64,000 nt of DNA from Heterodontus francisci (Eukaryota): assembly GCF_036365525.1 (NCBI RefSeq), contig NC_090383.1, forward strand, positions 119,848,531 through 119,912,530, in the 5' to 3' direction. Below the pieces are notes generated by a model, which saw nothing but the letters and a program-made list of their open reading frames with translations, was not told the origin of the DNA and ran no database searches. The stretch's first letter is position 1, and every line of letters starts with the position of its first letter. Below are positions 36,980-48,660 of the stretch, piece by piece. Made by a program: the position numbers and the translations under genes.

Positions 36980-37324
36980 GGGAGGTGGTGGCATAGTGGT
37001 AATGTCACTGGGCTAGCAATGCAGAGACCCAGGCTAGTACGCTGGGTTCATGGGTTCAAATCTAACCATGGCATATGGTGAAATTTGAATTCAATTAATA
37101 AATCTGGAATGAAAAAGTGACTATGAAACCCATCTGGTTCACTAAAGTCCTCAACAGGTCTGGCCTATCTGGCCTACATGTGTCTCCAGACCCACAGCAA
37201 TGTGGTTGGCTCTTAAATGCCTTCTGAAATGGCCGAACAAGCCACTCAAAGGGCAATTAGGGATGGGCAATAAATGCTGGCCTGGCCAGTGATGCCCACA
37301 TCCCATGAATGAATTTGAAAAAAA
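36980..37324 (+). mobile_element. tRNA-derived SINE (same family as 5998-6383)
   Basis: TGGCATAGTGG A box, GGTTCAAATC B box, shared LINE tail. Confidence 0.8.
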
Positions 37325-37814
37325 TCATTGAACGTGGTAGGGAAGGTTGAGAAAGTTAATAAAACATACAGGATCCTGGGCTTTAGAAATAGAGGCATAG
37401 AGTACAAAAGCAGTTAAGTTGTGATAAACTTTTATAAAACACTGTTGGACACACCATTGTGTCCAATTCTGGGTATGACATTTTGGGAAGGATGTGAAGG
37501 CTTTAGAGAGGGTGAAGAAAAGATTTACCAGAATGTTTCCAGTGATGAGGGACATCAGTTACTAATTGGAGAAGCTGGGGCTGTTTTCCTTGGACAAGGT
37601 TGAGAGGAGATCTGATGGAGGTAAAGAAAGATAGATTTGCATTTACTAGGATCTCAGTGCGCTTTACAGTAAATGAAGGTGTTTGAAATCATGAGTCTGG
37701 ACAGAGTAGATCGGGAGAAACTGTTGCCACTGGCACAGAGAAGGACAAGACACTGATTTAAGGTGATTGGCAAAAGAAGCAAAGGCGACATGAGGAAACT
37801 TTTTTTTTTACACA

Positions 37815-39846
37815 GCGAGTGCTTAGGATCCGGAATGCGCTGTCTGAGAGTGTGGTGGAGGCAGGTTCAGTGAGTGTTTATGATCCGGAATGCGCTGTCT
37901 GAGAGTGCGGTGGAGGCAGGTTCAGTGAGTGTTTAGGATCTGGAATGCACTGTCTGAGAGTGTGGTGGAGGCAGGTTCAGTGAGTGTTTAGGATCTGGAA
38001 CGCACTGTCTGAGAGTGTGGTGGAGGCAGGTTCAGTGAATGTTTAGGATCTGGAATGCACTGTCTGAGAGTGTGGTGGAGGCAGGTTCAGTGAGTGTTTA
38101 GGATCTGGAATGCACTGTCTGAGAGTGTGGTGGAGGCAGGTTCAGTGAGTGTTTAGGATCTGGAATGCACTGTCTGAGAGTGTGGTGGAGGCAGGTTCAG
38201 TGAGTGTTTAGGATCTGGAATGCACTGTCTGAGAGTGTGGTGGAGGCAGGTTCAGTGAGTGTTTAGGATCTGGAATGCACTGTCTGAGAGTGTGGTGGAG
38301 GCAGGTTCAGTGAGTGTTTAGGATCTGGAATGCACTGTCTGAGAGTGTGGTGGAGGCAGGTTCAGAGAGTGTTTAGGATCTGGAACGCACTGTCTGAGAG
38401 TGTGGTGGAGGCAGGTTCAGTGAGTGTTTAGGATCTGGAATACACTGTCTGAGAGTGTGGTGGAGGCAGGTTCAGTGAGTGTTTAGGATCTGGAATGCAC
38501 TGTCTGAGAGTGTGGTGGAGGCAGGTTCAGTGAGTGTTTAGGATCTGGAATGCACTGTCTGAGAGTGTGGTGGAGGCGGGTTCAGTGAGTGTTTAGGATC
38601 TGGAATGCACTGTCTGAGAGTGTGGTGGAGGCAGGTTCAGTGAGTGTTTAGGATCTGGAATGCACTGTCTGAGAGTGTGGTGGAGGCGGGTTCAGTGAGT
38701 GTTTAGGATCTGGAATGCACTGTCTGAGAGTGTGGTGGAGGCAGGTTCAGTGAGTGTTTAGGATCTGGAATGCACTGTCTGAGAGTGTGGTGGAGGCAGG
38801 TTCAGTGAGTGTTTAGGATCTGGAATGCACTGTCTGAGAGTGTGGTGGAAGCAGGTTCAGTGAGTGTTTAGGATCTGGAATGCACTGTCTGAGAATGTGG
38901 TGGAGGCAGGTTCAGTGAGTGTTCAGGATCTGGAATGCACTGTCTGAGAGTGTGGTGGAGGCAGGTTCAGTGAGTGTTTAGGATCTGGAATGCACTGTCT
39001 GAGAGTGTGGTGGAGGCAGGTTCAGTGTGTGTTTAGGATCTGGAATTCACTGTCTGAGAGTGTGGTGGAGGCAGGTTCAGTGAGTGTTCAGGATCTGGAA
39101 TGCACTGTTTGAGAGTGTGGTGGAGGCAGGTTCAGTGTGTGTTTAGGAGCTGGAATGCACTGTCTGAGAGTGTGGTGGAGGCAGGTTCAGTGAGTGTTCA
39201 GGATCTGGAATGCACTGTCTGAGAGTGCGGTGGAGGCAGGTTCAGTGAGTGTTCAGGATCTGGAATGCACTGTCTGAGAGTGTGGTGGAGGCAGGTTCAG
39301 TGTGTGTTTAGGATCTGGAATACACTGTCTGAGAGTGCGGTGGAGGCAGGTTCAGTGAGTGTTCAGGATCTGGAATGCACTGTCTGAGAGTGTGGTGGAG
39401 GCAGGTTCAGTGTGTGTTTAGGATCTGGAATGCACTGTTTGAGAGTGTGGTGGAGGCAGGTTCAGTGAGTGTTTAGGAGCTGGAATGCACTGTCTGAGAG
39501 TGTGGTGGAGGCAGGTTCAGTGTGTGTTTAGGATCTGGAATGCACTGTTTGAGAGTGTGGTGGAGGCAGGTTCAGTGAGTGTTTAGGAGCTGGAATGCAC
39601 TGTCTGAGAGTGTGGTGGAGGCAGGTTCAGTGAGTGTTCAGGATCTGGAATGCACTGTCTGAGAGTGTGGTGGAGGCAGGTTCAGTGTGTGTTTAGGATC
39701 TGGAATTCACTGTCTGAGAGTGTGGTGAAGGCAGGTTCAGTGTGTGTTTAGGATCTGGAATACACTGTCTGAGAGTGTGGTGGAGGCAGGTTCAGTGTGT
39801 GTTTAGGATCTGGAATTCACTGTCTGAGAGTGTGGTGGAGGCAGAT
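37815..39846. repeat. 55-bp minisatellite array B (~37 copies), reverse complement of array A
   Basis: Unit gtgagtgtttaggatctggaatgcactgtctgagagtgtggtggaggcaggttca. Confidence 0.97.
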
Positions 39847-40206
39847 TCAAGAGGGAATTGGATAATTATCTGAAGCGATAAAGTCTGCAAGGCCAAGGGG
39901 GAAGGACGGGGGAGTGAGACGTCGCAATTTGCTCTTGGTGGGCCGAATTGCCTCCTTCTGTGCGGTAACCAGTCTCTGAGTCTGAGATTCATTGCAAAGC
40001 GCAGCATAGGGTGTGTTAACTGAACATTGTTTCATGCACAGATTGAGGGAGGGACAAAGCCGCAGTCCTGTTTCTACTTTTTAAACAGCGCGCTGAATTT
40101 GCAACAAAACAAAACCACAGGGTCGGCTGCTCTGCTGTGGGACGAGAGGAAACGAACGGCTGTTTCGTTCTAAATAAACCGAGGTTTAAAGGGGCAGTTT
40201 GAAGCC

Positions 40207-40219
40207 AGTTTCACTTTCC
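40207..40219 (+). promoter_or_regulatory. Interferon-stimulated response element (ISRE) upstream of the TRIM gene
   Basis: AGTTTCACTTTCC matches AGTTTCNNTTTCY; followed by a further ATTTC half-site; GGAAACGAAC at ~40148 and GGGCGG at ~40244 nearby. Confidence 0.7.
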
Positions 40220-40262
40220 ATTTCTCTGAAATACTCCAGTCGTGGGCGGGAGGAGATGCGAG

Positions 40263-40856
40263 ATGGCCACCTCCACATCCCTCACCCTGTCTGAGCACAG
40301 TCTGTCTTGTAGCATCTGCCTGGAATTCTTCACTGACCCTGCCACCTTGCCGTGTGGGCACAGTTTCTGTCAGAACTGTATCAGCAAGCACTGGGAGCAC
40401 CAGGAGCTGGGCCCCGGACTTTACAGCTGCCCAAACTGCCGCAGATGCTTCAAGCCCCGACCCTCTCTGGACAGGAACACGGTGCTGTGTCAGATAGTGG
40501 AGGGATTCCTGCAGGCAGCTCCCAGGCGGGGGTCCCAGCCCCTGGCTGGCCCCAGGGACGTGCCCTGCGACTCCTGCCCTCAGGACCACAAGCTGAAGGC
40601 GGTGAAATCCTGCCTGGTGTGTCTGACCTCGTATTGTGACAGCCACCTGAGACCACACCGGGAGAGCTCGGCGTTCCGGGAACACCAGCTGACCGAGCCG
40701 GTCAGGGACGTGGCTCTCAGGAGATGTCACAAACACAGGAAGCCCCTGGAGTCTTTCTGCCGCACAGACAGAAGGTGTATGTGCTGGGTCTGCGCTCTCA
40801 ATGAACACGGGGACCATGAAATCATCACCGTGGACGAGGAGGCGGCTTATAGACAG
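40263..40856 (+). CDS. finTRIM/TRIM16-25-47-like E3 ligase, exon 1 (RING C3HC4, B-box1, B-box2)
   Basis: agATGg start; CSICLEFFTDPATLPCGHSFCQNC...CPNC; CDSC...AVKSCLVCLTSYC..HL.PH; CHKH...FCRTD..C.C..C...H..H; CAG|GTAATG donor, phase 0. Confidence 0.96.
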
Positions 40857-40866
40857 GTAATGGCAG

Positions 40867-41140
40867 GCTGGAGTCGGGATTCAGATGTGGATTTGGGATC
40901 AGGGAGAGGAGCTGGAGTCGGGATTCAGATGTGGATTTGGGATCAGGGAGAGGAGCTGGAGTCGGGATTCAGATGTGGATTTGGGATCAGGGAGAGGAGC
41001 TGGAGTCGGGATTCAGATGTGGATTTGGGATCAGGGAGAGGAGCTGGAGTCGGGATTCAGATGTGGATTTGGGATCAGGGAGAGGAGCTGGAGTCGGGAT
41101 TCAGATGTGGATTTGGGATTTGGGATCAGGGAGAGGATTT
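40867..41140. repeat. 44-bp minisatellite (~6 copies) at the start of TRIM intron 1
   Basis: Unit gctggagtcgggattcagatgtggatttgggatcagggagagga. Confidence 0.95.
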
Positions 41141-41297
41141 GGGTTGGGGACAAGGACCCATGAAAGGGAAACCAAAATGATGATGATTTTCTGAGGCAGT
41201 GCAGATCTGATTTGGGACATGATCAGTCCCCATGTGTTTTAATGAGGGGTGAAGTTTATAAGGAAATGTAAATCCACTCCAGATCTTATAGGCACTT

Positions 41298-42350
41298 AGA
41301 ACCGTAAGAATATATAAACTTGGAGCAGGAGTGGACCATATGGCCTAGCGAGCCTGCTCCGCTATTCAATATGATCCCTGCAGATCTTAGGCTTCAACTC
41401 CACTTTCCTGCCTGTTCCCCATATCCCTTTGATTCCCCGAGGGACCAAAAATCTGTCTATCCCAGCCTTAAATATAGATTTACAAGGGAGTCAAGGATTA
41501 TAGGGGCAGGCAGGAAAGTGGAGACCACGGTCAGATCAGCTATGATCTTACTGAATGGTGGAGCAGGCTCGAAGGGCTAAATAGACCACTCCTGCTTTTA
41601 ATTGTTATGTTCAATGATGGAGCATTCACAAGCCTCTGGGGTAGAGAATTCTAAAGATTCAGAACCCTGTGAGTGAAGAAATTTCTCCTCATCTCAGTCC
41701 TGAATGATCGACCCCTTATCCTGAGACTGTGTCCCTGTGTTCTAGATTCCCTGGCCTGGGGAAACAACCTCTCAGTGTCTACCCTGTCAAACCCCTTCAG
41801 AACCGTGTATGTTTCAATGAGATCACATCTCATTCTTCTAAACCTCAGAGAGTATCGGCCCAATTTATTCAGCCTCTCATTGAACAACCCTCTTATCCCA
41901 GGCACCAATCTAGCAGACATTCATTCTACTGCATCCAAGGCAACTATATCCTTCTTTAAATATCAAGACCAAAACTGCACACAATACTCCAGATGTGGTC
42001 TCATCAAAGCCCTGTACAATTCTAGTGAGACTTCCTTATTCTTGTACTCCAATCCCATTGCAATAAAGGCCGACATGCCATTTGCCTTCTTTATTATTCC
42101 TGTACCTGCATGCTAACTTTCCATGTTCCTTGCACAAGTACACCAAGTCCCTCTGAACACCAACATTTAAAAGCTTCACGCCTTTTAAAAAATATTCTGT
42201 TTTTCTCTTCTTCCAACCAAAATGAATAACATCACAATTTCCCACATTATACTCCATCTGCCACCTTGTTGCCCCCTCACTTATCCTGTCTATATCTCTT
42301 TGCAGCCTCTTTGTGTCCTCCTCACAGCTTACATTTTCACCCTAGCTTTG
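41298..42350 (-). mobile_element. CR1 3' part, with an opposite-orientation CR1 tail nested at ~41477-41610
   Basis: ORFs 41651-41920 and 42036-42257 carry CR1 ORF2 C-terminal motifs. Confidence 0.85.
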
Positions 42351-42597
42351 TATGGCACTGGATATTGGCAGCTGTTGACAGGTGTCCCTCATTATATAAA
42401 CTGCCTTTCCTGTTTCTTTAAACTAGATATTGCAGACTTGTGACAGTTTTGAGTAAATGTATTTTATTTGGAGAATCCAATAAACAAAGTGTGCAGGAGC
42501 TGAGCTACCTTCAGTTGACTGGATTGAATCTGTTTCGAATACATGAAAGAGGGATGCAAGTGCTCACCATCCTGAGACAAGGAGCACTTGATCACAT

Positions 42598-43972
42598 GTG
42601 CCAGTGCAGTACAGTGCCAGTACAGTATAGTGGCAGAGGATGTACAGTGCCAGTACAGTATAGTGGCAGAGCATGTACAGTATAGTGGCAGAGCAGTACA
42701 GTGCTAGTGTGGTACAGTGCCAGTGTGGTACAGTGCCAGTACAGTATAGTGGCAGAGCATGTACAGTATAGTGGCAGAGCATGTACAGTGCCAGTGCAGT
42801 ACAGTGCCAGTGTGGTACAGTGCCAGTAAAGTATAGTGGCAGAGCATGTACAGTGCTAGTACAGTATAGTGGCAGAGCATGTACAGTATAGTGGCAGTGC
42901 AGTACAGTGCTAGTGTGGTACAGTGCCAGTACAGTATAGTGGCATAGCAGTGCAGTGCCAGTGCAGTACAGTGCCAGTGTGGTACAGTGCCAGTACAGTA
43001 TAGTGGCAGAGCATGTACAGTACAGTGCCAGTGCAGTACAGTACAGTGCCAGTGCAGTACAGTGCCAGTGCAGTACAGTGGCAGAGCATGTACAGTACAG
43101 TGCCAGTGCAGTACAGTGCCAGTACAGTACAGTGCCAGTACAGTACAGTGCCAGTGTGGTACAGTGCCAGTACAGTATAGTGGCAGAGCATGTACAGTAC
43201 AGTGCCAGTACAGTACAGTGCCAGTGCAGTACAGTGCCAGTACAGTATAGTGGCAGAGCATGTACAGTGCCAGTACAGTATAGTGGCAGAGCATGTACAG
43301 TGCTAGTGTGGTACAGTGCCAGTACAGTATAGTGGCATAGCAGTACAGTGCCAGTGTGGTACAGTGCCAGTGTGGTACAGTGCCAGTACAGTATAGTGGC
43401 AGAGCATGTACAGTACAGTGCCAGTGCAGTACAGTACAGTGCCAGTACAGTATAGTGGCAGAGCATGTACAGTATAGTGGCAGAGCATGTACAGTGCCAG
43501 TACAGTATAGTGGCAGAGCATGTACAGTGCTAGTGTGGTACAGTGCCAGTACAGTATAGTGGCAGAGCAGTACAGTGCTAGTGTGGTACAGTGCCAGTAC
43601 GGTATAGTGGCAGAGCAGTACAGTGCTAGTGTGGTACAGTGCCAGTGCAGTATAGTGGCAGAGCAGTACAGTGCTAGTGTGGTACAGTGCCAGTACAGTA
43701 TAGTGGCAGAGCAGTACAGTGCCAGTACAGTATAGTGGCAGAGCAGCACAGTGCCAGTGCAGTACAGTGTCAGTAAAGTATAGTGGCAGAGCAGTACAGT
43801 GCCAGTGCAGTGCAGTGCCAGTACAGTGTAGTGGCAGAGCAGTACAGTGCCAGTGCAGTACAGTGCCAGTACAGTATAGTGGCAGAGCAGTACAGTGCGT
43901 GTGTGGTACAGTGCCAGTGCAGTATAGTGGCAGAGCAGTACAGTGCTTGTGTGGTACAGTGCCAGTACAGTA
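42598..43972. repeat. Low-complexity composite tandem repeat of 5-11 bp modules
   Basis: cagta / cagtgc / tatagtggcagagc / gtgtggta modules in shuffled order. Confidence 0.95.
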
Positions 43973-43994
43973 TATTGGCATATTGGTATATATA

Positions 43995-44960
43995 TGGGAG
44001 TCAGTGGGGGCTTATAGTGAATATCTGTAGATAGCCTATCCACAGAAATGGAGACAGAGAAGCCCAGGAAGGGAAGGGAAGAGTCAGAGATGGACCATGT
44101 GAAGGTGAGAGAAGGATGGAAATTGGAAACAAAGTTGATGCAATTTTCCAGTTCAGGACGAGAGCAGGAAACGGCATTGATACAATCATCAATGTATCAG
44201 AAAAAGGTGAGGGAGGGGACCTGAGTAGGACTGGAACAAAGAATGTTCTACCTATCCCATTGAAAAGGCTGCATAGCTTGGACACATACAGGTTCCCATA
44301 GCAACACCTTTTATTTGGAGGAAGTGAGTGGAGCCAAAGGAGAAGTTGTTTTAATGTGAGAATAAGTTTGGCCAGATGGGGGAGGGTGGTGTTGGATGGG
44401 GACAGGTTGGGCCTGCTTCAAGGAAGAAATTGAGAGCCCTCAGCCTGTCCTGGTAGGGGATGGAGGTGTAGAGGGATTGGACATCCGTGGTGAAAAGGAG
44501 ATAGTTAGCGCTGGGAAACTGGAAACTGTTTAAGTGGTGGAGGTCTTTGGAAGAGTCATGGGGTGTAGGTGGGAAGAGACTGGAAAAGGGAAGATAACAT
44601 GGAGTTTGAGTGAGGAAGAAATCAGTTCAGTGGGACAGGGGGCTGAAACAATGGTTCTTCTGTTTGTGGATCTTTGGGAGGAAGTAAAAGTGTTTTGGGG
44701 TCTATAAGGTTGGAGATCGTGGTTAGAGGATCTCCAGAGAAGCTGAGGTTAATCAATATCCTGATATTCAGTGGTGGGTTGGTGGTTCAGGGGATTTAAG
44801 AAAAGGTGTCGGACAGATGGTGTTCTGTTCGCCAAACAACAACACACTGCCCTTGTCAGCAGGTTTAATGACAATGTTTGGGTTGCACTTGAGAGTATGA
44901 AATGCTGCAAGTTCAGAGGGAGGGAGGGGAGTAGAGATGTCATGATGGAATGACAATGAA
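43995..44960 (-). mobile_element. Penelope-like element RT fragment
   Basis: Minus-strand motifs [22 protein letters not shown]-like region near 44295-44325, SLPFL...DRLSTDIHYKP. Confidence 0.78.
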
Positions 44961-45049
44961 AAGATCAAGAGAAGATAAGAGGCCAGAGGGATCTAGGTGG
45001 AATGGGTGGTCCATTGCTGTGTACTGCCAGTGATGTACAGCATAGTATT

Positions 45050-45290
45050 GCGCACCCCGAGTTTAATCACTCCACCATTCGGGGCCATGCCTTCAGCTGC
45101 CCTAAGCTCTGGAATTCCCTCCCTAAACCTCTCCACTTCCCTTTCCTCTTTTAAGACTCTTCTTTAAAATCCACCTCTTTGACCAGGTTTTTGGTCACCA
45201 GTCCTAATATCTCCTTATGTAGCTCAATGTCAAATTGTATCGGATAATGTTCCTGTGTAGTGCCTTTAAAGGTGCTATATCAATGCAGTG
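45050..45290 (+). mobile_element. L2 3' fragment
   Basis: gccttcagctgcc..ctctggaattccctccctaaacc...taaaggtgctatatcaatgca. Confidence 0.75.
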
Positions 45291-45607
45291 TTTGAAGTAT
45301 CAGTATTGTATCTGTCACATGAGATGTTCAACCAAGTCCCCTTCTGCCCTTTCAGGTGGGTGTAAAGATTCCATGGTAATCTTTTAAATCAGGAAGAGAT
45401 TTGACCAATCTTTATCGCTCAACTAATGCAAATGATGTGGTTGTTGATGTCAAGGCCAGTGCGAGGGGGATGGGTTTCTGTCAGTGGGGGCGAAGGTGGG
45501 GGCATTGGGTGGGAATTGTGTCAGTGAGTGGGGGCATTCTCGTGAGGGGGTGGCTGAGTAGCTCATGCACAGAGTGTCTGAATAAAGTTCTCTTCACTTT
45601 TGCACAG

Positions 45608-45703
45608 AAACTAATCACGGCCCGGAAGATGGAATTACAGGAACACCTGCAGAGCACGGCCGAAGAGATTGGAAAATGGAAACAAAATATTGATTGCATC
45701 AAG
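45608..45703 (+). CDS. TRIM gene exon 2 (coiled coil, 96 nt)
   Basis: ttcacttttgcacag acceptor, AAG|GTGAGT donor, phase 0-0; KLITARKMELQEHLQSTAEEIGKWKQNIDCIK. Confidence 0.92.
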
Positions 45704-46151
45704 GTGAGTGCCTGACAGTCTGGGTACGTGTTTGTTTTGTGGCCATGTTTTATAAATCCTTCAATGTAATCCCAGATATAGAAACCTTCAAACAGGTAAA
45801 GCAGGCAGCACTGTGAGAGTAGAAAAGAGGATGGATTTTTCACAAACGCTAACCAGGACCCCCATAACCCCACCAATAACACCCTCTGCACCCCACCCCC
45901 CGCCACTGGCTCATGGGGCTTTTGCGCCTCCTGAGCTGCCCCTCAGTGAATCACATGATGCACCAAACAATCTTGCCCTCTAGATCAAGCTAATGAAGTC
46001 TTCCCTCATTCGCAATTAAGATTCAAAATTCAGTGTGTGAGGGAATCACCTCTCGGACAAACCCTTAAATCCCAGAGGATCCGAATTCCTTAACTCACCA
46101 GTGTCTCAAAGAGTGGAGGCTTAGAGGGTGGGTAACTGATGCTTTGACCAG

Positions 46152-47509
46152 TGTTACAACCAAGGCGGGAGGAGTGCACTGTTAATTCAGTCCCACTTCT
46201 CCACAGGTCTCAACATATTCTTTAAATTTTCCCACTAACTGACACAGCCAATCAGATACACTATTTCCCCCCAGAATAGAACACACTAACCAGGTTTCTT
46301 TACTGAACAACAAAATTAACAGTTTGTCATAGAACAAGTCTTAACAAGTAATGATGTAAAACAATATCACATTGATCAAATTTTATGAAAATTCAAATTA
46401 AATTTTAGAAAGACCCCTTTACCTTAGTCCCTTCGTACTCACACACACAGATATATTCCAGTTAACTGAAGAAAAAGTTTAAAAAAATATTTTTAGATCA
46501 GAGCTGTTTTACAGACAAAACAAAACACACTCGAGCAGATCACTTGCCCACTCCTGAAAAAAAAATAACAGATGAGACACAGTGCACCAAACTGGCACAC
46601 AGTCCAACCGCCAAGCAACTGTTAAAGAACCTTCCAGAATTAGCTGTCTTCAGGCGGCATTGAAAAGCAATTTAGCAGGCCTTGTGATGCAGGAAACAAG
46701 ATGATTTGACTGACTGAACTTCACTGAGTCTTTTAGGAAATTGTGAGAAACGAGCTGGGTTGTGGTCTTCTGTTCTTCCTTGGAATTCTCTCCCTTTTCT
46801 GTCCTTTTTTGACTCTTTAGCAGCACTTGATTTTTCTCTTCCTCCAGAATGGGCGGCACAGTGGCGCAGTGGTTAGCACCGCAGCCTCACAGCTCCAGGG
46901 ACCCGGGTTCGATTCTGGGTACTGCCTGTGCGGAGTTTGCAAGTTCTCCCTGTGTCTGCGTGGGTTTCCTCCGGGTGCTCCGGTTTCCTCCCACATGCCA
47001 AAGACTTGCAGGTTGATAGGTTAATTGGCCATTATAAATTGCCCCTAGTATAGGTAGGTGGTAGGGAAATATATAGGGACAGGTGGGGATGTGATAGGAA
47101 TATGGGATTAGTGTAGGATTAGTATAAATGGGTGGTTGATGGTCGGCACAGACTCGGTGGGCCGAAGGGCCTGTTTCAGTGCTGTATCTCTGATCTGAAC
47201 TGAACTAATGTATCACACACACACTGACTAACAACCAAACAGTTTGGCAGTTTTCTACCCACCCAGATGTTCTGTTGCTGCTAGGCTTGTCCAATCAAAG
47301 GAATGCCTGTTGATTTCTGTCCCATTGCCATGGCTTCTGCTCTAAGCCTAGTTCGAGCCAGGTAACAAATAGCAGCACTGTTGCCAATCGGCTCCCTCAC
47401 TGACCCCTTGATTTTTTTTAAAAAACTGATCCAACATTTATTTAGTTTAACTATAAATTCCTTTTTTTTAAAAAGTATTTTTTAACAAAGGAGAGCCAAT
47501 TTCATAACA
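46152..47509. mobile_element. Possible solo LTR or other TG...CA-bounded element hosting the SINE below
   Basis: Bounded by TGTTA...TAACA short inverted ends, non-coding; no clear TSD. Confidence 0.3.
46851..47192 (+). mobile_element. Full-length HE1/V-SINE-type tRNA-derived SINE
   Basis: A box TGGCGCAGTGG, B box GGTTCGATTC, V-domain tgcgtgggtttcctccgggtgctccggtttcctcccaca, CR1/HER1-type tail. Confidence 0.9.
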
Positions 47510-47531
47510 CATGCACTGGGATAAATGAGAT

Positions 47532-48220
47532 ACTGACCAGTCACTGGGACCAAGTGATTCTGACCAGAAGATAACTGACCAGTCACTGGGAGCGAGTGGT
47601 ACTGACCAAGGGGTAACTGATCAGTCACGGGGAGTGAGTGGTACTGACCAGGAAGTAACTGACCGGTCACTGGGAGCGAGTGGTACTGACCAGAAGGAAA
47701 CTGACTGACCACTGGGAGTGATTGGTACTGACCAGGAAGTGGGTGACTGGTCATTGGGAGCGTGCCATACTGACCAGGAAGTAACTGACCGGTCACTGGG
47801 ACTGAGTGATGCTGACCAGGGGGTGGGTGACTGATTGCTGACTGAGGGATGGGGCAGGGGGATGGGGGCAAGAGGAGAGTAACACAGAGGGAGTGACACA
47901 GACAGGGAAGTGGGGAGTGACACTTTAGGGGGAAAGACACTGGGGAGTGATAGGTGAGAGGGAGGGGGTAATGACACTGGGATGGGGAGGAAAACATTGG
48001 GTGAGTGACAGTGGGAGGGGCATAAAGCAAGTGACCAGTTGCTAGAAGTGAGTGACACTGACGGGGTGGGATGGGGGTCAGGGAAGGGGAGAGTGACACT
48101 GGGAGGGGGTGGGGGGGGTGGGTGATGGGAGGGGATTGGGAGTGATTGGTTGCTGGAAGTGAATGGTACTGACCAGGGGTGTTGGGGGGAATGGGGAGTG
48201 ACACTGACTGGGGAGGGTGA
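47532..48220. repeat. Degenerate ~43-bp tandem repeat grading into G-rich sequence
   Basis: tgaccagtcactgggagcgagtggtactgaccaggaagtaac variants. Confidence 0.8.
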
Positions 48221-48426
48221 TCGCCTGCTGGGTGGTGTGTGGGTATGAGTGACTCTGGTCTAATGTATCCCCCTATGTGTAAATGCACTATCCTTCCTCA
48301 TGCTGATGATGTGGGACTTAGTACTGGGTACTGATGACTATCCCATCACTGTGGCCCCATATCCTAGCATTCCAAAACACACAGCTTGAGGAGTCTAATG
48401 GAATGTTCTATCCCTGTCCTGTGCAG

Positions 48427-48660
48427 GAATCTGCTCAAAGAGTGAAGGGTGCCGCCGTGAGTAAATTCACTGAGTTACTCCGAGCAGTGGAGAAGGCACA
48501 GAGTGAAGTGATGGAGTTTATTGAGAGGGAGCAACGAGCGGAGCTAAAACAGGCTGAAGCTGCCAAGAAAGAACTGGAACAGAAATGGACGGAGCTGAGA
48601 CACGAGAAGGTGCGGCTGGAAGCTCTGTCCAAGACCAATGACAGCATTTACATCACACAG
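48427..48660 (+). CDS. TRIM gene exon 3 (coiled coil, 234 nt)
   Basis: cctgtgcag acceptor, CAG|GTAAGA donor, phase 0-0; ESAQRVKGAAVSKFTELLRAVEKAQSEVMEFIE...LSKTNDSIYITQ. Confidence 0.94.

Larger units (their letters stand above)
34240..39980 (+). mobile_element. Long degenerate CR1 LINE with nested CR1, SINE and 55-bp array
   Basis: From end of endonuclease (LGNSDQSIIRF...DWRRAN) through RT remnants to the 3' tail at ~39975. Confidence 0.85.

Noticed and set aside
40170-40817. 215-aa minus-strand ORF
   Set aside because: Antisense shadow of TRIM exon 1.
42564-44043. Cys/His/Tyr-rich ORFs resembling metal-binding or keratin-associated proteins
   Set aside because: Products of a short-module tandem repeat inside TRIM intron 1.
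46851-46925. tRNA gene
   Set aside because: A and B boxes belong to a SINE head that continues into V-domain and LINE-type tail; no full cloverleaf.
47482-48288. 268-aa Pro/His-rich ORF
   Set aside because: Degenerate tandem repeat and G-rich low complexity.
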